Shown here in pieces: positions 1-10,267 of a stretch of 64,000 bases of DNA; position 1 is the first letter of the stretch, and the number at the start of each line of letters is the position of its first letter. Source of the DNA: Calcarisporiella thermophila CBS 279.70. Taxonomy: Eukaryota > Fungi > Calcarisporiellomycota. The position numbers and the translations under genes were made by a program. The stretch spans positions 665,936 to 729,935 of the forward strand of contig NW_027192205.1 in the NCBI RefSeq assembly GCF_041956535.1, in the 5' to 3' direction. Under the pieces are notes generated by a model that worked only from the letters and a program-made list of their open reading frames with translations, was not told the DNA's origin and did not search any database.

Positions 1-16
1 CTCCGGCACCCGACTA

Positions 17-1339
17 TGTGGACGGCAAATTAGATCTCACCCAGAAATTCAACATTGAAGAAACGCTCTCTCTCCCCATAAACAACAACTCATATCTCAC
101 AATGGGTGGATGTCCTTTAAAATCGAAGGGCGAAAGTGAAGGACTGGTCAAACTAGGTGACTTCTTTAAACTCAACCGAAGGACTAATACATACAAACCG
201 ATGGTAGAACCAGAAGTACATGAATACGTGGCGAAAAATTCCGACCAATATTCCAGCCGATTTAGAGACAGCTACATAGTTCTTCAGTGGCACTAGAGGA
301 AACGAGAGATCCAACTGAATCCACAACTGGCTGATGCCCTGTTACAGAGTATACCACAGATTGAAGGACCATGTACGTTCCCGCTGGGTAAATGTGTGCT
401 AGCTGGCACAAAGATCAAGAACTTCCGTACAAAAATCGGGAGGCTCTACAAGACAAGCAAAGGAGAGAATATCACTCCGGAATGGAAAGAGACCTCAAGC
501 GATTCCATCAATTGGGAGGTAGCTTGGATGTACTGGAAAAAGCGGCCGAGCGAACCCAAGCATAGGACACTAAGATGGAGACTCTTGAAACACAGATTGG
601 TGACAAACATCATCACTAGTAAGTGGACAGGAGAATCTAATATTTGCAAGCGATGCAGAACCAACGCAGTGGAAACCATTAGCCATGCCTACCTGGAATG
701 CCCGGCCATAAATCAGTTATGGCAAACGGTAGACAACTTCGTGTGCCGCATTCTGGGAGTGAGAGCCCACGAGTCAACCAAGGAAGACAGACTATTTGGA
801 ACAGACTACAAAACCATGGGCTACCAACGGGAAGTAGTGTCAACGGTCCATGATGCAGCAATTTGGATCATCTATCGATCAAGATTATCGATAATAATGG
901 ATAACGCCCAACCAAGTGAAATAGCGCTCGCTGAACAACTAGGTCACGAAATGCAAAAAATCGTGAGATCCAAATGGTGGTCAGCGTCCATAAAGGATAA
1001 GAAAGAAGATTTCCAAGAGCTTTGGTGTAAGGGAAGTTGGATACAAGTCCAAGGAGACGAAATATCCTTCAACCAAAACACTTAGCTCCAATACGACCTT
1101 GCCGAATACCCTACCACCCGCATTCTAGTTTTCCTTTTTTTTTCTTTCTATATTAGTCCGTATTCTTTTCCTCTCTTGTATAATACCGTCCTTGAAAAAT
1201 AGGATGGTATTCATACGATCAACCACTACTTACATGTATTTCTCTTGACAATTTTTTTTTTGAGAGTATTTCTCCTGACAAGGTATTATACTAACTTAAA
1301 AGGATACTTTTCAATAAAGATCCATAAATCCCAAAAAAA
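17..1339 (+). mobile_element. 5'-truncated non-LTR (L1/Tx1-like) retrotransposon, family A copy 1
   Basis: Encodes an ORF2 C-terminus with the zf-RVT-type CCHC motif CKRC...ETISHAYLEC. The 3' UTR has AATAAA (1313-1318) and an A7 tail (1333-1339). A perfect 12-bp TSD GGCACCCGACTA lies at 5-16 and 1340-1351. Confidence 0.92.
18..1085 (+). pseudogene. Retrotransposon ORF2 C-terminal fragment (zf-RVT region), disrupted
   Basis: ORFs 18-296 and 396-1085 are in the same frame, separated only by one in-frame TAG at 294-296. No RT core is present (5' truncation). Confidence 0.85.
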
Positions 1340-1811
1340 GGCACCCGACTACGACGCAAGTGCAGCCACAAACAAGTATTAAGATTATATTAATTAGAAT
1401 TCCCGTTATTAGTTTATTTCATTGGTCATGCTTCACCCTATATAAAGGGATACTCTGAGAATATTGTAACAGTAGAATAATCATCCCCGGAGTACTATGA
1501 ATATATTCCTCTTCCTTGGTTTTCTGTAATAAATCCTCTATTCCCTTACCCCTGTCCCAATTATCCTAGATTATCTCTACCGAATTTATGTCATTAGTGT
1601 TTTGTGGAATTAGGGATTCGTGGTGAGAACAGTAAGCTCGCGTTCGAGTCCGAGGACGGAAAAGAAAAAAAAACTAATACTTTATTCTCCTTCCCTTTTT
1701 TTTTTGTGTGTTGGGAAAGATTCCTTATATATGAATGAAAAAAATAAGATAAAAACAATAAAGAATATTCATGTGGCCGCAATTTAAGCACTTAGTTGCA
1801 TTCGTTAAAAG

Positions 1812-1927
1812 AAAAATGGCTCGAAAAGATAGAAAATCTGACTAGAAATATTGACCAAGGTGATCGCAATAAGAGGAGTCCTCGAATGGCAAGGATCCTC
1901 GGCTCGATGGCCAACTCCTCATTGGTT
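1812..1927 (-). ncRNA. Candidate unannotated Pol III-type structured small RNA (speculative)
   Basis: 7-bp stem GAGGAGT/ACTCCTC (1873-1920) followed by tRNA-like T8-G-G-C-C; internal TTCGAG; outer ACCAA/TTGGT pairing; T4/T5 runs downstream. It sits at the same distance from a retroelement TSD as tRNA-Thr does. Confidence 0.25.
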
Positions 1928-2023
1928 AAAACTACCACACTTCACAACATTAGTATGTTTCATTTATTTATTTTTTAAATATTAAAAATAACAAACCGTT
2001 ACTTCCGCATACAACGAATTTTT

Positions 2024-2321
2024 AGAGCGGCTCTAGAACTGGACTGCCGCAGTAGCCCCTACTACTAGCCCTTCTCTTTCTTAATATCTCCCTTTCCATA
2101 TCACCTATCAAGTCGTTCCCTAATACCCACAGTTAGTTGAGTTTTATTTCTCATCTACCCATTTGAGGAGAAAATTTGTCATGATCAACTTACCCCGAAT
2201 TGCAATATCGCGTTAATTTCTAGCTTTTATCTCATTTTATTACTTTTAATAATGTAACGATTGTATTGTATCAAAAGCGAGTCTTATTAAACAATAAAGA
2301 CTCACTTTTGATCAAAAAAAA
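2024..2321 (+). mobile_element. 5'-truncated non-LTR retroelement (3' UTR only), family B copy 1
   Basis: Perfect 15-bp TSD ATACAACGAATTTTT at 2009-2023 and 2322-2336; AATAAA and A tail (2314-2321). The last ~75 nt recur at 28699-28767. Confidence 0.88.
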
Positions 2322-3830
2322 ATACAACGAATTTTTTTAACCAAAGAGGGGGTCGACTAGGCAAGCACGAGGAAGGCGAGAAATCGTACTACTTCAAAAT
2401 AAGTGGTGCATTTCATATATTGAATCGGTGAACTTCATTTAGGAAGGTTCCAGACATCAGATTGAAATCAAAATTATATGGGCCCTTTGATTTATTTCCT
2501 CTTACTCTTTTTTTTTTGTATTTCTTAAGGCTTTTGTTTTGTTCTTACGTAGTAAAAGTCTATAAATTTTAATGTCAATTCGCTTGGCATAATTTTTATA
2601 GATCAATTTCAAAAGCAAGTGGATTGGAAATGAGTAACGTATATTTTTTTACCAAATAATTATCTTCGAATTTGTTTTTCGATGTTGATTCAGATTTATT
2701 CGCTATATTATGTCGTATCGATTACACTTTTTTTCAAAATCAGAGCAGAATTGATAGAGTCTAAATACTGACAAAGCTTATAATATAACAGGCGTTACGG
2801 GATTAATCTCAGATGGCATGATATCTATGTCAACGTTTACACCGAACTCTTCGCATTAAGTTTGTGAATATTATATTGATTTTTTATTTTGACACCGCTT
2901 TTCAGTAATCGATGTTAATTTTAATTTTTTCGCCAGTCTATTGTAATTTTTTTAATTCTTTAATGAACTGTTAATTTTATCTAAAAAAAAACTAAAGGCG
3001 ATTGAAGGGTTAATGTTTTACCTATTGGCCAATACAAGTGCCTCTTATATCATAAGTTGACTTCTGTTGAGTTTCGTGATGTTGAATAGGCACTTTTCTC
3101 CGGTACTCAGTCACGGCATGAAAAAAATATTCAATTCCACCTTTGGTAGAATATAATCACTTGGCGGTAAACTTGGCATGCAAGGTTATGCCTTGCGAAA
3201 TGGACTTGTAACAAGTGGTTCCAATAAAAAAGCTCCCGGTAAGGATCCCCGAGCGGAACCGGGCTATTAACTCTCAAAAGCTCTTAATCAAATAAGCTAT
3301 TAAATTATCAACACGAGGCATTCTTTAAAATCGATACGAATGCATCCAATCAATCTTTTTACAACTAAAAACTCAGCTTATCGTGGGTTTCACTATAATA
3401 GCTGAAATACTGAGACGCAGCGCTATGAAAAATGGCCGGAAAATTAAAGGGCAAAGCTCGAGTAATGGGATATGACTAACTATCCAGGACGATATGTTGT
3501 AGGCCGATCAACCGCATTTCCTCAGACCACTCAAATCGGGTTGAGCAATTGTTTCTCCCTCAATCAGAGCCTGCATTTTCTAACTTAATTACCCGTTGGA
3601 TGAAAAAAGTGAGACATGAGCCAGGAGATAAGCGGGACCTTATTTTTTTTTTTCTAAAAATAACTAAGGAGAATTAAATTGGGATATTTTTCCTTAGGTT
3701 TATAATCCTTGAACCGTCGACATTTCCACGATTGCCTCTAATATTTTCTGGACTCATCTATTCCGCTGTTTCTTCGTCCACATCTGTATATAACGTTGCA
3801 TATACTCTCTTCTATATATCTGTATCTGTG

Positions 3831-5193
3831 ATGAGCAGACGTTGGCATTTCAATCGGCCATATATCTTTTGTTACTATGTGTCTGGTCATGGTAATGCAT
3901 TAGTAGCACTCTCGACTCTTAAAATATCGCACTCACTCTCTGATGCTTTGAATAGGATATGGACATGCAACTCGAGTAAACCAAATAATTACCGAGCTTC
4001 TCTCCCTACCACAACCGCACACTATCTATATCATCTCGGATGCCTCTGAGTTCATTTTTAGAGAGGTGGTAGGGATGGGTGCAATATATCGCCGCGCCCC
4101 AATTGATGCCGGGGTTATTCAACCGCTCCCATATGTGATTGATCGAAAGGCTACCATGTGCGGCGTAAGAGAATTCATGGCGAGAAGGGAAGATTGCGTA
4201 CGCACAGAAGCAGAATGGTTAAACAACGTAGGGTGTGATATGGTGCTGGCGGATGCCCCCTTTCTTCCATGTGTAGCTGCCAGAAACGCTGGTATACCAT
4301 GTGCTTTGATTACAAATTTCACTTTCGATGAAATATATTTAAAATTGCGTGAGAACGACGAGCTAGATAAGGAGATTGAGGCAGCCGTGCATCGCATCAC
4401 AGAGGATTATCGGCACTCTCAGCTGTTGGTCCGCTTACCTGGCCATATCAACATTCCGGCTTTTGAGGGGGTGAAGCCCGTAAGCCCCAGCGAGTTTTTT
4501 GCTCGTGGAACAGGGCTGAACAAGAGATGGGTCGTAGATGTTCCTCTCGTTGTACGCAAAGCTCACCGGACTCGTGACGAGGTTTTACGCTCTCTCGGTA
4601 TACCGCAAAGCATTGCAGCAACCCATAAGGTCCTGTTATTGTCGTTTGGTGGGCAGAAAGAGGGAAAAGAGGGCTGGGGTGATTGCTTGCCTCCTGGCTG
4701 GATTTGCATTGTATGCGGAGCAGGTACCTCTACTCTTCCTGATCGCTTCTACCGTGCTCCAAGAGACGCATATGTTCCAGATCTGAATGAAGCTGCCGAT
4801 GTTGTTCTAGGCAAGCTTGGCTACGGTGGGTGCTCAGAGGCAGTGGCTCATGCGCGCCCATTTATATACGTACCTCGTCCACAGTTTAAAGAGGAAGAAG
4901 GTCTATTACATCTGATGCGTTCTGAGGGAGGATGTGTTGAGATGCCGCAGGAGGATTTTGAGGCTGGAAAATGGAGCCAGTACATCAGAACAGCCGCAAC
5001 ATTACCTGGCCGAGCGCGCAACGCCGAATTGAGGGACAATGGAGGAGAGATTGTGGCACGCGTGTTGCTCGACTTTTTGCAAGAGACAAAGAAGGATGTG
5101 GGCGTATCTTCCCCTGCTTCATCTGTTGCATCCTCTTCCATTACAAACAGATTAGTGGTGCTGAGGAAGGGTGTGGTACTCTCTGCGCACTAG
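3831..5193 (+). CDS. GT-B fold glycosyltransferase-like protein, homologous to the N-terminal domain of plant L-arabinokinase (no GHMP kinase domain)
   Basis: Intron 3892-3955 joins the reading frame into YYVSGHGYGHATR; later NFTFDEIY and YVPDL...GKLGYG..SEA motifs are typical of this family. Confidence 0.8.
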
Positions 5194-5854
5194 ACATTTA
5201 TCACAATTCAACTTTTTTGCATTCCTCTTATCCTTCCCCCCTTCGTACACTCTTTTTCATCCCTCTTTATTGTACAAAATTTCATTGTTTTCCAATTGCA
5301 TGATTTCTTGGACAAACACCACTTTGCCAAATTTTTGTATCGTGTTATTTCCTATAAATACTCAATAGAAAAATGCTCTTAGCTTGAATCTTTCAAATGC
5401 ACTAAAACCTTCAACAATAGCCATTCATTTAAAAGTTATATCCTTCTGCTGGACTTCATTAAATTCTTTAGGATAAAACTGAAAGACATATTTTTTTTGG
5501 ATATAAAATTAATTTTTCTAGCAAAACCTATGCTATCATTTGCTTCTTCTCAAAAAAGCACATGGCTATTGGCGTGCACTAGAGGTAACTGAAAATAGTA
5601 TATCCGGGTGTTAAACGAGAAGTTGTTATTCTGGGGCACTTACTATGGAGATTTTTATGATGAGTGTGCCATACACCTCGAAACATTATCAATGATTCCC
5701 AGATACAGAGAGGAGTTCATTCAGTTGAGTGTACACTTAACCTAGTTTTTGATATACAATATCTTTTATATATAATCAACCCTCATCTCGCATCAGGCTT
5801 TAATAACAAAATAAAAAAGGATAGAAGAACATGCAAAAAAAATCTATTAGTCTA

Positions 5855-6351
5855 CTATTTCTCGCCTTCTGATGGGAACAGTATGAAACTTGAAGGGGCC
5901 GGCTTATGATGGTAGACACTCTTTCCAACTTCCCACCCTGGTACATCTTTCATTATTTCTTTCTCACGCTGCAATGAAGCCTGTTGGCGCCGATAAGTAT
6001 CGCGATCTGTTTCTGCCTGAAGCAGAGGAACTAAATAAATACGAGACCAGGTATTTTCGCGCTTGAGCTCCCTAGAAAAGAATGGGGTCATTTTAGCATC
6101 AAATCGCATCCATTATGATTAAGTGCATTGTGGATGTCACTTGACGACATCCCAGGTTGTGAAGTCAAATAAACTAACCTCTTCTCACTCATCCCCCTAG
6201 CATACTGCCAGAATCCAAATGTACACACCGCAGTCACACCCACAACCAGAGCAAGTCCTGAAGGGCCACGTTGCGGGAGATTTCGACGATAATGGACTTG
6301 TGGATACCCGCCGGCCGGGGGCATATCCTGCGTAAAACCGGGAGTGGACAT
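5855..6351 (-). CDS. NDUFA13: NADH dehydrogenase complex I subunit NDUFA13/GRIM-19
   Basis: QDMPPAGGY...YRRNLP.RGPSG, TM helix, WSRIYLVPLLQAETDR, MKDVPGWEVG; one intron 6072-6178. Confidence 0.95.
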
Positions 6352-6518
6352 CTTTTTTAGTTTTTGATAAATGCGATGGATGGAAGCTACTTCGAAGTGA
6401 AGGGTTGTTGAAGGAAAAAATCGTTGACGTCATATAATGACGTATTTTAATTGAATAAACGACAAATTTGAAGGCGCGTACGCGTTAGCATCTCTTGTAA
6501 AACTCATAGTTAAGTGTA
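6352..6518. promoter_or_regulatory. Short bidirectional promoter between NDUFA13 and DAD4
   Basis: 167-bp divergent intergenic region with a CRE palindrome TGACGTCA (6425-6432) and an MCB element ACGCGT (6480-6485), fitting a cell-cycle-regulated kinetochore gene. Confidence 0.5.
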
Positions 6519-6897
6519 ATGGAAAACCCATATGAAGAACAGCAAAACGCAATCCTAACGCGTATAGTTGCTAATGTTGTAAGTGTATAATTTCATAGAA
6601 TTTCATTGAGTTATTTTGGTATAATAACTAATATACTCTTTATATAATGGTGATTTTTATTAAAGGAAAAGTTGAATGATGTTCTTGATGAACTAAATGA
6701 ACAACTCGAGGTATGTCTTAACATATTGCCATTTAATCTATCGTAATGCCGATAACTCGACAACATATTTTTACTTGTAGGAGATGAATGGCCGTAATCA
6801 GGACATTGCAGTTGTGACGCAAATGTGGGCTAGTTACAGTAAATCCGCACTACTTATGCTGGAGAGTACAGGCAAACTTGCATCCCCACTCGGATAG
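6519..6897 (+). CDS. DAD4: DASH/Dam1 complex subunit Dad4 (73 aa, 3 exons; absent from the ORF track)
   Basis: Exons 6519-6578, 6666-6710, 6781-6897 give MENPYEEQQNAILTRIVANVEKLNDVLDELNEQLEEMNGRNQDIAVVTQMWASYSKSALLMLESTGKLASPLG. Confidence 0.93.
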
Positions 6898-7317
6898 AAT
6901 GACACGTGTAGCAGTTTAGCTTTGGATATTTTGTATTTTATTGTTCTGTATTGAAAATACGATTTATGGTAGATTGGGATTTAGTAATTCGAAATCCGGG
7001 CCCCGCCGGAAAATTTCATAGTCATTGAATTGACTTTGGCAAGAGGATTTGTCCCATTGACTCGAGGCGATCAACACTGCCGTAATTATATTTAGAATAA
7101 AAAAATTAGTTATCGCAAACAAAGTCAGGCCACACATATAAGATTGAATTTATTTTTCGATTAATCCACTATTCATCTCCTGTACTATTTAATTATATCG
7201 CCACATTATTTTCGTTTTTTCCCATCTAATCTTCTCATCCAAATCTACATACATCTCTGTTTTGCTTCCCTATCCCCCTCCGCTAAACATTGCCAAAAAC
7301 CCTTAATATAAACATAG

Positions 7318-8421
7318 ATGCAGCTCCAGAGAGTCACTTCTTCACAAGTTCGCAAGCACAATAATGCCAAGTCTTGCTGGATAATAATTCGAGGACGAGT
7401 TTATGATGTAACCTCTTTCATTCAAGATCATCCGGGTGGTGAAGACCTCATCCTCGATCGTGCTGGAGAGGATGTGACCTTGGTCATGGCCGATCCACTT
7501 GAACATGAGCATTCTGAATCTGCCTACGAAATGTTGGAGGAATATCTGATTGGTGAGCTCGTCAATGAAGACACTCCACCCGCTACACCTCCGCCTAGTG
7601 AAATTGGAACGGCAATTGCGACTACAAAACACAATACCGGGTCTAAAGCAAAGTTTTTAGACCTTACGCAACCGCTATTCCCACAAATGTGCCGTGCTAG
7701 GTTCACTAAAGATTTCTACATGGAGCAGGTTCACCTCCCAAAGCATATTAATGGCCCTGCACGAATCTTCCAAAGTGATGCAATGGAGTTGCTTACAAAA
7801 ACACCATGGTATGTCATTCCTACCATCTGGGTGCCCGTCTCGGGATTCTACTACTTTCTTTCACTTGGTTACTTGTCGGTGCCCACAGCAACATGCGTGT
7901 GGTTTACCGGGCTATTTCTTTGGACGTTGATTGAATATGTGCTGCACCGATTCTTATTCCACATTGACGACATTTTACCCGACAACCAGCTTGCTTTCAT
8001 CCTGCATTTCTTCATGCATGGTATTCACCACTATATTCCTATGGATCGGTAAATATTGAATGTCAGCCTATTTGGCGACTGTTTTCCATCCTAATGTTGA
8101 GCTTATTTCGATCTTTCGCCTCTTATTAGGCTAAGACTTGTCATGCCTCCTGCTCTCTTCATCATCCTCTCCACGCCCCTTATTCGACTCGCATACTTCC
8201 TCTTTCCTCGTGGCATTTCTGACGGAATTGTGTCGGGGGCTATTTTTGGATATGTGTGCTATGACTTGACGCACTATTATTTGCACCATGGGCGACCTCT
8301 ATTCGAGCACCTACGCCAAATGAAAACTTACCACCTCGATCACCATTACAAGAATGCTGAGGCTGGCTTTGGGGTGACTGTGAAGTTTTGGGATTATGTG
8401 TTTGGGACTCAACTGGCCTAA
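7318..8421 (+). CDS. SCS7: Sphingolipid fatty acid 2-hydroxylase (cytochrome b5 + hydroxylase domain)
   Basis: HPGG heme motif; His boxes EYVLHRFLFH, HFFMHGIHH, HYYLHH, HLDHHY; intron 8049-8129 restores PMDRLRLVMPP. Confidence 0.95.
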
Positions 8422-8875
8422 AGGACTTGTTGTCTAGTCTCGACCATTTATACTTGAAAACTACATACTATTCAACTACTTGTTTTGAGTTATTTTAAAG
8501 ATAAATTTATTCTTCCCCGCATCTTTCTATATTATCTTTTTTATCTTTTTTACCTTATGTATACTACATTATGTTATACAACCAAAAAGTACTACCTCTC
8601 TATAATGCTCTTTTTTCATGTTACTCCATTCATACTATGCTAGCCTAGGATTCTATTTTCTCCCACTTTAGGTTTTCTTGCTTTCTATGCTGAAGTTCTT
8701 AATAGTAATAATAATCAACTTAAAAAATATAAATATAACGAGTTTATTATACACAAACTAGAATATCAAAAAAACAATTCCAAAACATAAAGACAAGATA
8801 AACGGCGATTAGCGGGTTTTAGTTTCAACACTACTTTATCTTTAGCTCACTTCCTGCTCTCATTTAGGAGCTCAA

Positions 8876-10021
8876 CTATTTCTCTTCTGCAATCCCAAAC
8901 GTATGGTCGAGCTCCTCCTCTGGAGAGAGACGGGGAGCCATGAAGCCACCACGTTCCTCCGCCGAATATCTGCCAGCCAGTGGATACGGTTGACCGTGTG
9001 TATGGGATGAAAGAAGATGGGGCGGAAGTGACCATCTTGGCGATGGTTCTCCTGAACCGCCTGCCATATCTCCGTGGAGTTGGGTGGGTGTAGAAGAGTG
9101 CTGGCTCGCATTTGAGTCGCGGCGAGTAGGGATTCTATGCAGCAGCCCAAATCCGATTCCACATCCCAGCGCGCTCTCGCCTCCACCCCATTCTCGATTA
9201 GGTACGACTACCACTTCTCTGCTGCGCCCGGTTTCAGAGTTATACACGTACAGCTGTAAAGCACGACCAATGCTTTCCTCTATTAGCGAATAGAGATCTT
9301 CTTCATGGCGAAGAACGACTTGGGGGGTACCGATGATGTAGTCGGTATGGGGTGAGAGTCCAGCCATGGCTGCCGGGGAGTCTGGATGCACTTCAAGCAC
9401 ATGCCAAACAGTTGCAAGCGTGGGGGTGAAAGCACAAAAACGGATAGAGCAGCCGATGAGAGACGGATCGTTTTCAGAGGAATCTACTGGTATATGATGC
9501 CAGGAATAAGAGGGTATCAAAGTAGTTTCTACGTATTGGGATATAAACGAGGGAGGAAATTTGTTAGGATGAAATACCAGATAATTGAGAACTAATTGAT
9601 AAATAAAATTACCTCGTACTTTCTGCTCTTTTGTAGAGAACAACACGAGCGACACAGGTCGGTCTATATTTTCCTTTAAGGTGTTGGTAAGCACTTCGCT
9701 CCGTTGATCCTTATATGAATAAGTAGAAGAATAATTGAAAAAGTTTAGAATTCTGTCAGGATGATTAAGATATTGAACCACATGTAAAAGATGAGGCTCA
9801 CAAGCATCAGCCCATTTATTCCGATGATAAAGTCAAAAAATGGCTCAATTCCGGCTTTCTCGGCTGGTGAATTCTCCTTCACCTAACAATAAAAATGCAT
9901 AAATTCATCAGAAAATATAATCAAGAATTAAAATTCCATCGGGTAGAGAAATATATAAAATAATTACCCGCATCACATGATAACCATGCCTTGGACCCTC
10001 CGCACTTTGAGATGCACCCAT
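8876..10021 (-). CDS. GRH1: Golgi reassembly stacking protein GRASP55/65 family
   Basis: Spliced N-terminus MGASQS...[27 protein letters not shown]; second PDZ WHVLEVHPDSPA..AGL.P.TDYIIG; LGCGIGFGLLHRIP; 3 introns. Confidence 0.92.
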
Positions 10022-10267
10022 AATCTCCTGCTTATTATTGGAATCGGTTCTTAATTAATCGTCGCTAGCTAAATTCAATATTTTATTTCTCTTCGCGAAA
10101 TAGTGTCCCAAATTCATTCTCGAATAAAAGCCACTCATCTGCACGAATATATTTGGCCACCAAGTTTAATTCTAGTTTATTCTTTAATATAACATAATTG
10201 AAAAAATAAAAAAATACGAAATATATATTCACAAATAAACACAAACACCTTAATAAGCACAAAAGCA

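Noticed and set aside
3226-3266. GC-rich hairpin (CCCGGT...ACCGGG) next to an A6/T6 run, resembling an ncRNA 3' end or terminator
   Set aside because: No upstream A/B box or recognisable RNA family; intrinsic terminators are not expected in a fungal nucleus.
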